This document shows positions 23,829-33,624 of a stretch of DNA of 53,642 nt, piece by piece. Made by a program: the position numbers and the translations under genes. Under the pieces are notes generated by a model, which did not search any database, was not told the DNA's origin, and was given only the letters and a program-made list of their open reading frames with translations. The number at the start of each line of letters is the position of its first letter. Within the stretch, counting starts at the first letter, position 1. Source of the stretch: a virus (taxonomy: Duplodnaviria; Caudoviricetes); IMG/VR virus record IMGVR_UViG_3300020400_000008, positions 1-53,642 of that record; one strand, given 5' to 3'.

Positions 23829-24766
23829 TGGGTGGAATTCCGAATCCAATGGCCTCAACACCCCAGCAGTCACTTGGCGTCGTCAACGAGGCACATCTCA
23901 TGGCGCTCGCCGCACAGGGTAACCCCCAACTCAACAGGGCAGCGCTCATGGAGCAGGCTGTCGCACAACAGCAGATGCAGGAGATAGCCCAGCAGAAGAA
24001 CCTCGAAGTGCCCAAGGTCAACTTCTACCCAAGCACACACGCAGATCCTAGGAAGGCGAGGCGCAAGGACATCAGGCAGGCTTACAAACTACTTCGCCCA
24101 GCGAAGAGGAATATATTCAGTCCAGCAAGACTACTGGGATCGAAGTACCTGTACAACAAGCAGACCCACGTATGCGTCGTCGACGGATGCAACTGCTCCG
24201 AACTCATACAGCACGACAACCTCTACGCTCGCATATGCGACGAAGACACAGGCCGCAGCCTATGGGAGATGTACTGGCAGAACCCAGTGACTGGGGAGCC
24301 ATCTGCATTCCTCGCCATGGACAAGGTCACGAGCGGGAGGAGGATGAGGGGCACGTACTGCCCCGAGCACCTCCACCTCTACCACCTGCTGTGCAAGTGG
24401 GAGGCCGAGCAGGAGAAGGAGAAGGAGATGCAGCCATCGAGGTTCAAGGACAAGGTGAAGCGAGGGGTCTCCATCGTCACCGTCCCAGTCTCCACCATGA
24501 AGAGGGACGAGATACCTGTTCCTGAGATGCTGGCGAAGTACGAGCCCTTCTTCGAGTTGCTTGAGAGGGACTCGAGGGTGACCAAGGGCATCAACATCAA
24601 CCACTACACGAACCCGATGACAGGACTCAATGACATCACCACCGTCACGTTCGATCTGAGGATATTCCAAGACGAGTTGGCAAAGATGCAGCAACCCACA
24701 CCCGCGTTCCAGCAGATAATTAACCAACAACCCCCTCCCATGAACCAACAGATAGGTGATCAATGA
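23825..24766 (+). CDS. hypothetical protein with Cys/His cluster
   Basis: Q-rich termini; CVVDGCNC...YCPEH...LLC. Confidence 0.75.
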   Translation: MMGGIPNPMASTPQQSLGVVNEAHLMALAAQGNPQLNRAALMEQAVAQQQMQEIAQQKNLEVPKVNFYPSTHADPRKARRKDIRQAYKLLRPAKRNIFSPARLLGSKYLYNKQTHVCVVDGCNCSELIQHDNLYARICDEDTGRSLWEMYWQNPVTGEPSAFLAMDKVTSGRRMRGTYCPEHLHLYHLLCKWEAEQEKEKEMQPSRFKDKVKRGVSIVTVPVSTMKRDEIPVPEMLAKYEPFFELLERDSRVTKGININHYTNPMTGLNDITTVTFDLRIFQDELAKMQQPTPAFQQIINQQPPPMNQQIGDQ

Positions 24767-25398
24767 TGTTCGGATTCAACAATCAGCAACAACCGCAATC
24801 GAGCACCCTCAACCTTTCACAGACCGGAGCACCACAGGCACAGGGAGGCATGTTCGCCATGGGTGGACAACCAGCGCAACCCGGATTCTTGGGTGGGATG
24901 TTCGCTGGCGCTGGGTACGGTGACCAGTACAACCAGTACTACAACCAACCAGTCGCACCACCCACCGAGACGGAGATCCTCGACTCCATGCTCAAGACGC
25001 TCAACCCCGTTGACAAGTTCATCGTCAGCCCACAGATGCCAGCGCTGATGGACATGCTCGCATCCCTCGTCAGCATGTCGGTCCTCAACATACTCAAGAA
25101 CGCCAAGTTCGCAATAGACGATGAAGATGGATCGATGCAACTCGATATATCATCGCTCCCCTCTGACCTCCAGACGCTCTCAGCCGAGAACATCATGGCC
25201 CAGTTGTCCAATATGCAGAACTCATCCAACCAAGTTATACAACAGGCTGAGATGCAGAGGCAACAGGTCCTCTCCATGGCCAACCAGAGCATGATGGCCG
25301 GTGCGCTCAACGCGGCCATGGCCAACCCCGGACTCATGGAGAATGTGGGTACAGGTATAGGCAGTTTCACCAGAAACCTACTGACGGGAGGAAGATAG
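24763..25398 (+). CDS. Gln/Met/Gly-rich hypothetical protein
   Basis: 211 aa; ATGA-coupled. Confidence 0.75.
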   Translation: MMFGFNNQQQPQSSTLNLSQTGAPQAQGGMFAMGGQPAQPGFLGGMFAGAGYGDQYNQYYNQPVAPPTETEILDSMLKTLNPVDKFIVSPQMPALMDMLASLVSMSVLNILKNAKFAIDDEDGSMQLDISSLPSDLQTLSAENIMAQLSNMQNSSNQVIQQAEMQRQQVLSMANQSMMAGALNAAMANPGLMENVGTGIGSFTRNLLTGGR

Positions 25399-25399
25399 C

Positions 25400-25645
25400 A
25401 TGATGAGCGGAGTACCCATACCATCCCAGTTCGCAGTCATGGGCCTCGACCTGTGGTCACCCAAGAGGAGCGTCGTCGTTGACATGGTCATGGTCCAACT
25501 GATCAGTCTCGTCCTCCTGATGCTCGGTGTCCTCGTCTTCAGGGCGAACGAACTCTCCACCAACGAGGCCACGTTCTACCTCGTCGGACTCTTCGGCTCG
25601 ATGATATTCCTATCAGCGGTTTATGCCCGAATTTCACGTATGTAG
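25400..25645 (+). CDS. small 2-TM membrane protein
   Basis: two long hydrophobic helices in 81 aa. Confidence 0.75.
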   Translation: MMSGVPIPSQFAVMGLDLWSPKRSVVVDMVMVQLISLVLLMLGVLVFRANELSTNEATFYLVGLFGSMIFLSAVYARISRM

Positions 25646-25684
25646 AAGAAACGTTCATGTTTCGTGCTGCCTTAAGTACCACCA

Positions 25685-26368
25685 ATGGAGGGCGGGCCGC
25701 GCATCACAAAACGCTCCTGCGCCTTCTGCCAGAGCGACCAAAGAGACGAACTCGAGGAGATGCTCCTGTCCGGCGACATGACCGCCAAGCAGATGGACAA
25801 GGACATGGGTTGGAGGGCGAACACAGCCGACCGGCACTACAGAAATCACATGGGGGAGTACCACATGGCGGCCAACCCGTCGTGCAAGATATGCTCACAC
25901 CCGCATCGTGCGGAGTTCGAGTCGAGATACTTTCAGGATGGAAGTGAAAGCGAGGCAATTGCTTCTGAGTTGGAAGTATCCGAGTCAACCGTGTACCATC
26001 ATATGAAGCACCACTTCCAACCACTCGTCCAGAGAACGGCAGCCGTGGAGGTCGCACTCACAGTCGGTAGGGAACTCGACACGCTCAGGGGCAACGTCGA
26101 GAGGCTCAACGAGAAACTCAGCGAACTGCTCTCCGAGGGCTCCGTGCACGAGGACGGGTTCGTGCGTGACGCAGTCTCGCTACACAAGGAGGTGAGGGAG
26201 TCCCTCAAGGACATGCTCAAACTCAACAACGACTGGGGCAGTGACTCCAACGAGACCACCGTCAACCAGACGATCAACGTCCTGAAGTTGGAGATGTCAA
26301 AAGAGTCCCCCGAGACTTGGAGCAGAATACGAGCCCAACTCATCGAGCAGGCAGGTGGTGACCTGTGA
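25685..26368 (+). CDS. tandem zinc/HTH protein, candidate terminase small subunit
   Basis: two repeats CxxC...HTH...HxxxH (CAFC...RHYRNH; CKIC...HHMKHH) and a coiled coil; upstream of TerL. Confidence 0.6.
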   Translation: MEGGPRITKRSCAFCQSDQRDELEEMLLSGDMTAKQMDKDMGWRANTADRHYRNHMGEYHMAANPSCKICSHPHRAEFESRYFQDGSESEAIASELEVSESTVYHHMKHHFQPLVQRTAAVEVALTVGRELDTLRGNVERLNEKLSELLSEGSVHEDGFVRDAVSLHKEVRESLKDMLKLNNDWGSDSNETTVNQTINVLKLEMSKESPETWSRIRAQLIEQAGGDL

Positions 26369-26793
26369 GGGACGTGCAGCAGTACATCCAGATCAAGGAC
26401 CTGCTCCAGCAGGACCACCCCGGATACGGCATGGTCAAGTCGAAGCACACCGGTATCTTCAGCGAGAAGGAACTCCCCCTCTTCCTCGACTTCGTGGCCC
26501 TTCTCTTCGAGCGATTCAACTTCTACTTGGGTGACAGCGGTCTACATGTGCTCGAGTTTGGCACCAAGATACCCATGCTGATCCAGAACCTCAAGACCAT
26601 ATGCGAGTCTGACGAGCCCGAGATCGTGTTCCCCGTCAGGAAGGAGATGAGGGAGATCATACCACTTATCGAGCAGGAGTTCCATGGCATGGGTGATTGC
26701 TTCACGGAACCACCGATGGTCAAACAATTCTATGAACGGGTAGCCTCTGCGCTAACACGCTCAGCGAAGTATCACATGGGGGAATCACAATGA
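26365..26793 (+). CDS. hypothetical protein
   Basis: 142 aa; GTGA and ATGA overlaps. Confidence 0.7.
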   Translation: MRDVQQYIQIKDLLQQDHPGYGMVKSKHTGIFSEKELPLFLDFVALLFERFNFYLGDSGLHVLEFGTKIPMLIQNLKTICESDEPEIVFPVRKEMREIIPLIEQEFHGMGDCFTEPPMVKQFYERVASALTRSAKYHMGESQ

Positions 26794-28019
26794 CAGAGGG
26801 TATGATGGGACGCACCTCGGACACCCGAATGTACAATCCCCGCTCGGAATCCTCGACGATGTTCCGCAACAACGACGGCGAGGGTGGGTACAACCCCGGT
26901 GACCCGAAGTACGAGGACGAGGAGAAGCAGAAGAAGCAGGCCGCACGTGACAAGCAGGAGAAGAAGGAGAGGTCCCGCAAGCACATCAAGGTCAAGCCGA
27001 GCATGCTACGCGAACTCGACAGCGACGAGGATGCCATCGACGACTCGAAGAAGATCGATGCCGACAGGGAGATTCACTCACAGACCGGCGCTGCCGGGAA
27101 CTTCGGATTCCTCACCAGCCTCGCTGGCGGGGCCAAGGGACCGGGAGCCGCTCGTGGTGAGATGGTTGCCATGAGCGAGGCGATGGACGACGCTTGGTCC
27201 GAGTTGCTGAAGTCCAGTGCCAAGGACAGGTCGAAGAGGCGAAAGAAGGAGGCTCAGAGCAAGTTCAAGCCCAGCACTGGCGAGTTCAAGAGGCCAGTTG
27301 GTGGCTACGATCCCAAGACGGCTACCAGCCGACGTGCCAAGTTCAAGTCGAGGGCACTCGGTGGCAAGACCAAGAGGACAGGTCTTGGAAGGGCACACCT
27401 CGCTGTCGAGATGGAGCATCGCGGTATCAAGACGAAGCAGCCTCTCAGGCTCGAGGACCCGAGGAAGTACATGCAGCAGATAGGGAGGCAGCAGGTCAGG
27501 GCCCAACAGGGTCAGGTCCGAACACCCGCTTCCCCCTCTATACCACAGATAAGCGGCTACTCCACGAGGGGGATGCCGAAACCCAAACTTAAACCACACA
27601 GAGCACCACCGATCAACCCGCCGATGATCGCTGGCGCACCGCATCTGAACATGAGCGGAGGCACAACGGGCATGGGGATGGGAGCCCCTGCGCCTCCACC
27701 ACCGATGCCGATCATGGCGAGCGAGTCGAGGCACTCGGGTTCAGACCTGCAGAAGCGGTTTGATTGGGCTACCGTCCAACAACTGAGGCACATGCTCGCA
27801 GAGAGCAAGAGACTACTGCGCGAGAAAGAGCGTAAGAGGAAGGGCAAGGGAGATGCAGACACGTCGGGTGCTGCCTCGAACCTACCCAACCATCCGGCCA
27901 ACGGACCCAAGCAGACGTCCCGTCCCGAAGGAGCGACCGAGGATGCCAAGAACGACCCACGCCACTTCGGTGCTCACACCATCGGCAACGATGTCGGAAG
28001 GGGCGGTAGGACGGCATGA
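26790..28019 (+). CDS. basic low-complexity protein with AWxxLLK tag
   Basis: AMDDAWSELLKSS followed by a K/R-rich segment. Confidence 0.75.
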   Translation: MTEGMMGRTSDTRMYNPRSESSTMFRNNDGEGGYNPGDPKYEDEEKQKKQAARDKQEKKERSRKHIKVKPSMLRELDSDEDAIDDSKKIDADREIHSQTGAAGNFGFLTSLAGGAKGPGAARGEMVAMSEAMDDAWSELLKSSAKDRSKRRKKEAQSKFKPSTGEFKRPVGGYDPKTATSRRAKFKSRALGGKTKRTGLGRAHLAVEMEHRGIKTKQPLRLEDPRKYMQQIGRQQVRAQQGQVRTPASPSIPQISGYSTRGMPKPKLKPHRAPPINPPMIAGAPHLNMSGGTTGMGMGAPAPPPPMPIMASESRHSGSDLQKRFDWATVQQLRHMLAESKRLLREKERKRKGKGDADTSGAASNLPNHPANGPKQTSRPEGATEDAKNDPRHFGAHTIGNDVGRGGRTA

Positions 28020-30217
28020 GGCTGATACTCAAGAAGGGGTATCCGATTCTCAAGGGTGATGGCAATCACGGCGTCCACCCAGTGACCGGTCAACCCTTCT
28101 ACTATGGCAACCCTCCACCAGAATTTTTCCACTCCGAGGAGAACCCACTGAACAGGAACGGCTTCGACAGGCCACTGTTCTCCCACTACGGTGAGTTGGG
28201 GATACCACAGGGCCAGTTCGGTCCCGGTGAGTTCGGTGAGGCTGTGTTCACCGATGAGTTCGGCGTCCAACACAGGCACGGCATCGATGGCGTGATCTTC
28301 AAGGTCGGCATGAAACTCAGGGAGGCTGGCTTGGGCAACGTCAACGCAGCCGAAGTCGTGCAGGAGGCGATTGAGAGATTCAACGAGGACCACAAGAACA
28401 CGGAGGATCACAACCTACCCGATGTGGACAGCGATGAGTGGAGGAAGTTGCGCTCGATGGACTTCCAGCACTCCAGAAGCATATCGGAGGCATCGAACAC
28501 CAAGGTCAGGGATACTGAAAAGACGCTCGGTACGATATACACGAACTCAGGGAGGGGAAGCCACCCATCCTTGGGTAGGTTCCATGAGTCCTACGCCATA
28601 CCATTCGCCCCCTACCTCGCCTCCATAATGTCGAGGGACCTCGGTATCCAAGTGGGGAGATACGACGAGGGGTTGAGTGTTGGTCACATCAGCGCGGGCG
28701 CCCTATCGCTTAATCCAGAGACCGGCATGGCCGTAGGCCGCAGGAAGAGGGGCGCTCAGTCTGGGCAGGTCATAGGCCCGAATGGCGAGGTCAGTGACAA
28801 CTTCCTCAACACGATGGGATCGGATGGCGGTGTTGCCGTCGACAACCTACACTCACACGAGATGCTTCATCACATGCCTGATGGACTCTACGGTGTCGGC
28901 AAGGGAGGCAGACCCCCCAACTATGAGAGATTCATGAGTACGCTCATGGGTCTCGACCTATCCAAGATACCGAAGGAACTGCTCGACGAGGCAGTTGTCA
29001 CCAACCCCAAAACCGGTGAACCAATTACCCTGAGAGAGACTCTCTCTCAATCAACGTTTGCTGATATACTTCTTAGGCAACTGTATCAGACTCCGGGTGC
29101 GTTCCACCTCATGATGGGTGATACGTCACAGGGAATCCCCGAGAAACTACTAACAGACATTCGTACGGCAGCGAAAGAGCAGAACCTCCTACCAGAGGGT
29201 GTCTCCCTCGATGACATGAGAACCCACATCAAGGCGGGCCCGGTGAGGAACGCATACCAACAGAGAAGAGGAAAGAACAGCCACAAGGACGCTGCCGAAC
29301 TCTTCGCCTACGCGCAACTCCTCGGCGAGAGCGAGAACTTCCCCGGCGTCAGCGCACTGAGAGACGTCAATTGGCCGGATATAAAACTCCACCCAAACGT
29401 CGAAAACCAGAGGCGCATCACGGAATTGGTAGCCGCCGCCCTATCCCATCATTACGACCACACACCGAACAGGTCCCTGCTCGATGAGACACCGACCGGT
29501 CCCAACACCGGTAGGATGAGCGCTGGGTTCCCGACAGCCCCCATGAACATGGAACTACCACAGCACCTCGACCAGTATCACCTCAAGGAGATGGCGGGCG
29601 TACCGATAGCAGAGGCGCAGGGTCAGCAGATCAGTCCCCAGTTCGCAAGAGTCAAACGTCCTATTGGAGAGATCCTTCAGCCAACAACACCCACACAGAC
29701 CCCTGTTTCCACTCCACCAATTACTCCTAGCGAGGAATACCGACAAGCACAAGAAGCATTCCGCTATGCGACTCCTGAGCAGGTGCGTCGCGTGTATGTG
29801 GCAAGGAGCGGTCTAGGGCAGCCCGGAAGGGCGCCAGCACCCACTGGTCCGATCACCCCACAAGAACAGCGATTTCAGCAGACACTGTCCGATCCTTACC
29901 AGCAGACGCTCGACCAGTACCTACGTGGTGACACCGCACCCGTCGAGGACAGGCTCATCAAGGCGATGGAGAACCTGCAGTACAAGGACGCCGCCAACGA
30001 CGACGATGTCCGCAAGCACCTACCATCCACAAGGCTCAGCGCCAGCAGCGAGGACGACCTCTCCTTCATGGCCGAGAGGATGAGCATCACGAAGCACGAC
30101 GTCCGCGCCATCATCTTCTCCAAGGGGGACTGGCACCGTGTCGCCAAGACGTTCAACATGAGCCCCGTCATCGTCAAGGCCGTCAAGGTCGCGTTCGGGG
30201 GTGGTGCCGATGAGTAA
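28016..30217 (+). CDS. large hypothetical protein, possibly virion-associated
   Basis: 733-aa ORF in the packaging region. Confidence 0.75.
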   Translation: MRLILKKGYPILKGDGNHGVHPVTGQPFYYGNPPPEFFHSEENPLNRNGFDRPLFSHYGELGIPQGQFGPGEFGEAVFTDEFGVQHRHGIDGVIFKVGMKLREAGLGNVNAAEVVQEAIERFNEDHKNTEDHNLPDVDSDEWRKLRSMDFQHSRSISEASNTKVRDTEKTLGTIYTNSGRGSHPSLGRFHESYAIPFAPYLASIMSRDLGIQVGRYDEGLSVGHISAGALSLNPETGMAVGRRKRGAQSGQVIGPNGEVSDNFLNTMGSDGGVAVDNLHSHEMLHHMPDGLYGVGKGGRPPNYERFMSTLMGLDLSKIPKELLDEAVVTNPKTGEPITLRETLSQSTFADILLRQLYQTPGAFHLMMGDTSQGIPEKLLTDIRTAAKEQNLLPEGVSLDDMRTHIKAGPVRNAYQQRRGKNSHKDAAELFAYAQLLGESENFPGVSALRDVNWPDIKLHPNVENQRRITELVAAALSHHYDHTPNRSLLDETPTGPNTGRMSAGFPTAPMNMELPQHLDQYHLKEMAGVPIAEAQGQQISPQFARVKRPIGEILQPTTPTQTPVSTPPITPSEEYRQAQEAFRYATPEQVRRVYVARSGLGQPGRAPAPTGPITPQEQRFQQTLSDPYQQTLDQYLRGDTAPVEDRLIKAMENLQYKDAANDDDVRKHLPSTRLSASSEDDLSFMAERMSITKHDVRAIIFSKGDWHRVAKTFNMSPVIVKAVKVAFGGGADE

Positions 30218-31082
30218 GGTGCTCGTCCGCAAGCAGTTGTTCGACCCCAAGCAGACAGCCAGCAACATGGCTGCTGTCACCGATCTCAGTAGCGCGGGTG
30301 CAGTAGAGCAACTCGGCCTCCTCAATCTCCTCAGTGGTCCTCAGAAGCCACTCGCCCCCGCTGCTGCGAAGGAACTCGGATATGGCATGGACTCTCCCCA
30401 GTACAGGAGGATGAGGCTGGGAGAGAAGATAGGCACGGGACTAGCCGGTCTCTACGGCGGGTATAGGATGATGGACGCCATTGCCTCCGGTAGGTCGCCG
30501 ACCAGCGCCATCGGTGCCGGGGCTGGGGCGTATGGTTCGATCGCCCCCATAGCAAGCAGGGTCGGTGTCCGTGCTGCCAGCAGGGGCATTAAACCAGCAC
30601 CAGTCGCAGTTGCACCACCTGTCCCTGAGAAGATAGAGTACAATCCCGTCTTTGACCCAGTCACATTCGGGCAAATGGAAAGGGGTAGGGCAGACACCAT
30701 ACAGCATAGGTTCCAACCAAAGCAAGTCGCAGTCGCACAACCACAACCATTCAGGCAACCTACACCACAGGAGGCTAGGGTCAACAGGTTAGACCCAAAC
30801 CAAACCGTCTTCACACACCAATACGCAGGTAGTCAACTACCTAGGAACATGCCCGAGATAGAGAGTCCCACACCCGAGGATAAAGCCGAGGGATACTTCG
30901 AGGACGAGCAAGTGCCGGTCTTGGCCCAGCAGAGCAATAAATCAGGCAACGTCGCAGTTGCTCAATCACAGCCCAAGGGCAAGAATCTAACCGAGGAGCA
31001 AATGAAGAGACTGATGGAAGGCTCATTGGACAGATTCATGGACACCGAGGCCAAGCAATCGGGTGCAGTGCAGGGTGCGTGA
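30210..31082 (+). CDS. hypothetical protein with Gly/Ala-rich hydrophobic region
   Basis: MSKVLVRKQ...; IGTGLAGLYGG and AIGAGAGAYG. Confidence 0.7.
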   Translation: MSKVLVRKQLFDPKQTASNMAAVTDLSSAGAVEQLGLLNLLSGPQKPLAPAAAKELGYGMDSPQYRRMRLGEKIGTGLAGLYGGYRMMDAIASGRSPTSAIGAGAGAYGSIAPIASRVGVRAASRGIKPAPVAVAPPVPEKIEYNPVFDPVTFGQMERGRADTIQHRFQPKQVAVAQPQPFRQPTPQEARVNRLDPNQTVFTHQYAGSQLPRNMPEIESPTPEDKAEGYFEDEQVPVLAQQSNKSGNVAVAQSQPKGKNLTEEQMKRLMEGSLDRFMDTEAKQSGAVQGA

Positions 31083-31083
31083 T

Positions 31084-32574
31084 ATGAGCAACGAGGGCGT
31101 CAAGCAGTTCGTCGTCGAGATGGACAGGGAGATGTCCAAGAAGTCGTTCAAGTACTTCTTCACCGATATACTGGGTTTCCACTACAGTCACCATCACGAG
31201 ATGTGGGAGAAGGGCCTCAACGGTCACAGGTACTACTGCGTGAAGGCGTCCCGTGACCACGGCAAATCCACGCTTTTCATGTCGTATGCACTGTGGTTGG
31301 CGGCGTTCAACCCCGGAAAGCACATCATGATCTTCTCACACTCGCTCGAGCAGACCCTCGAGCACATGCGCTTTATACGCAACAACATAGAGAGCGCGGA
31401 CTGTCTGAGGGACCTCAAGCCGGAGGGCAAGCCTTGGGCCAAGTCGTACTTCGAGTTCACCAACGGCAGCCGTATGATGGCGAAGTCGGTGGGTGGTGCG
31501 ACTCGTGGCTTCCACCCAGACGTGGTCGTGTGTGATGACATCCTGTGGGGTACTACTGGGACGGAACTACAACGAGCAGCCGATTGGTTCTACGGCGTCC
31601 TGCTCCCTGTCCTGCATCACTCGAGTCGACTGATGATGGTCGGTACCCCGTTCTCCTACAACGACCTGTATGCAGAGTTGGAGCAGAAGGAGACGTTCAA
31701 GGTCGAGACTTATCCGGCCATCAACAACGAGGGCGTCGCCCTCTGGCCAGAGCGGTGGGACCTTGACGCCCTCGAGCAGAGGCGGATGTCCATGCCAGCC
31801 ATACAATTCTCGCGTGAGTACCTATGTGAGCCGATCCACGACGTTGCGAGCATGTTCCCGATGGACATACTGGAGGCTGCACGTGACCATGAACTCGTGC
31901 TCATCGACAGGGCAGAGACCTTCTACAACGACCAAGGCGAGGCGGATGGCGTGTGGGGCCAGCACTTTGTTGGCTGGGACCCAGCGATATCGTCCGACAA
32001 GAACGCCGATTACACGGCCATGACGATCATGAGGTACCTAGGTGACGACGACATCAAGCAGATCGTACATGTCGTTCACGAGAAGGGGCTCGGCAGCCAC
32101 GCACAGAGAAACATGATGCTGTTGCTTAATAACAGATTCAAACCGGAACTGATCGAACTGGAGGGCAACAATTTCCAGCGGATGTTCGAGGCGGAGTTGC
32201 AGGACATGAAGGCCGACATACCGATCCGCACGTTCATGACTACGCGCACGAAGAAGGAGACCCTGTTCATGTCGCTCCTCATGGCGTTCGAGCAGGGCAA
32301 GATCAAACTACCATACGGTGACGAGAGGAGCAAGCAGTACACCCACAAGGTCGAGGAGGAACTGAACCGGTTCGGCATGCAGAAGAACGGCAGGCTCGAG
32401 AGCGTCGGTGTCAATGACGACTTGGCGATGAGCCTCGCTCTGGCCAACTGGGGGACGAAGGAGTTCAAGGGCAGCGTCATGCTCCTTGATGACATCTTAC
32501 CCGGATTCGACGACTGGATGGGAGGCAAGGACCATCGAAAGTCAAATTACGGGAGTCCTTGGATGATACCATAA
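31084..32574 (+). CDS. terL: terminase large subunit
   Basis: Walker A ASRDHGKST, Walker B VVCDD, coupling motif VGTP, nuclease motifs GWDPA...DYTA and NDDLAMS. Confidence 0.92.
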   Translation: MSNEGVKQFVVEMDREMSKKSFKYFFTDILGFHYSHHHEMWEKGLNGHRYYCVKASRDHGKSTLFMSYALWLAAFNPGKHIMIFSHSLEQTLEHMRFIRNNIESADCLRDLKPEGKPWAKSYFEFTNGSRMMAKSVGGATRGFHPDVVVCDDILWGTTGTELQRAADWFYGVLLPVLHHSSRLMMVGTPFSYNDLYAELEQKETFKVETYPAINNEGVALWPERWDLDALEQRRMSMPAIQFSREYLCEPIHDVASMFPMDILEAARDHELVLIDRAETFYNDQGEADGVWGQHFVGWDPAISSDKNADYTAMTIMRYLGDDDIKQIVHVVHEKGLGSHAQRNMMLLLNNRFKPELIELEGNNFQRMFEAELQDMKADIPIRTFMTTRTKKETLFMSLLMAFEQGKIKLPYGDERSKQYTHKVEEELNRFGMQKNGRLESVGVNDDLAMSLALANWGTKEFKGSVMLLDDILPGFDDWMGGKDHRKSNYGSPWMIP

Positions 32575-32583
32575 GGTGATGCT

Positions 32584-32937
32584 ATGCAATGGGAGTTCTG
32601 TGATTGTTGCACACCCATGCAACAGGCATCATTCGCCTTGTTAGACGGTCACTTCGAGAAGGCCAAGAAAAAATCCAAGCCCTTTCATGGATACAATCCC
32701 AAGAGGCACCACAGGAAGGGTGGCCTCAACGCCGCCGGTCGTGCCAAGTTCAAGAGGGAGACAGGTGCAAACCTGAAGCCCCCGGTGACGACCAAACCAT
32801 CCAAACTCAAGCCCGGAAGCAAGAGGGCTAAGAGGCGCAAGTCATTCTGCGCTCGCATGGGTGGTATGAAAGGACCAACCAGCAAGGATGGCAAACTCAC
32901 ACCGAAAGGTGCAGCATTGAAGAGGTGGAATTGCTAA
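32584..32937 (+). CDS. basic conserved phage protein (DUF6321-like)
   Basis: GGLNAAGRAKF...NLKPPV...RRKSFCARM...ALKRWNC. Confidence 0.7.
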   Translation: MQWEFCDCCTPMQQASFALLDGHFEKAKKKSKPFHGYNPKRHHRKGGLNAAGRAKFKRETGANLKPPVTTKPSKLKPGSKRAKRRKSFCARMGGMKGPTSKDGKLTPKGAALKRWNC

Positions 32938-33164
32938 TGACGATATTTGACGACATATGGAATATGCTAATAAAAGAAGAAGATATGGCGAAAGAAAAGA
33001 AGCAGATTATTGAATGCTTGAAGAAAGAGGGTGGGGCTTGCAGTCTTGAAGAGTGCTGCAAGGCCTGCGGCTTAGACAGGAAAAAGTGCAAAGCGCTCAT
33101 TGACAAGATGGACAATGTCAAAATACACAGACACGGTGACGTGGTCTTGATGGACGGATTGTGA
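32937..33164 (+). CDS. small Cys-rich, winged-helix-like protein
   Basis: IFDDIWNMLIK tag followed by IIECLKKEGGACSLEEC. Confidence 0.65.
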   Translation: MTIFDDIWNMLIKEEDMAKEKKQIIECLKKEGGACSLEECCKACGLDRKKCKALIDKMDNVKIHRHGDVVLMDGL

Positions 33165-33358
33165 TGGCTAAATTGAAGCGGGAGAGTTGCTGTTGCGGAG
33201 GCAACAAGAAGAACCCATGCAAGTGCATGGAAGAGGGCATCATGAAGTGCTCGATGACTCCTCCCCGCTGTCCGTGTTACAGTCTTCTCTTTGTTCAGAG
33301 AAAGGCAGCGGATCAACTTATGAAGATTGATTTGAAGAAGATGGTAGGTGTGATCTGA
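33161..33358 (+). CDS. small Cys-rich protein
   Basis: CCCGG...PCKCM...CS...CPCY. Confidence 0.6.
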   Translation: MMAKLKRESCCCGGNKKNPCKCMEEGIMKCSMTPPRCPCYSLLFVQRKAADQLMKIDLKKMVGVI

Positions 33359-33549
33359 TGGTCGACTCGTGCACCTGTGGACATTGCATGGGCATGGGCT
33401 CTGCTTGGGACATGTTGGAGAAGAAACTCTGCCCGGAGGGCAAGGCTGCGGCAAAGAGGAAGTTCAAGGTCTACCCATCAGCGTATGCGAATGGGTGGGC
33501 AGTGCAATACTGCCGAGGTAAGTTCAGGAAGAAGGGGAAGAAGAAATGA
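33358..33549 (+). CDS. small basic conserved phage protein
   Basis: SAWDMLEK tag followed by AKRKFKVYPSAYANGWAV. Confidence 0.7.
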   Translation: MVDSCTCGHCMGMGSAWDMLEKKLCPEGKAAAKRKFKVYPSAYANGWAVQYCRGKFRKKGKKK

Positions 33550-33624
33550 GGAATACCACATACATGAAGAACACCACATACGTAGAGGAATGGAATGAGA
33601 ACACGACGACATGGGGCTAGATGA

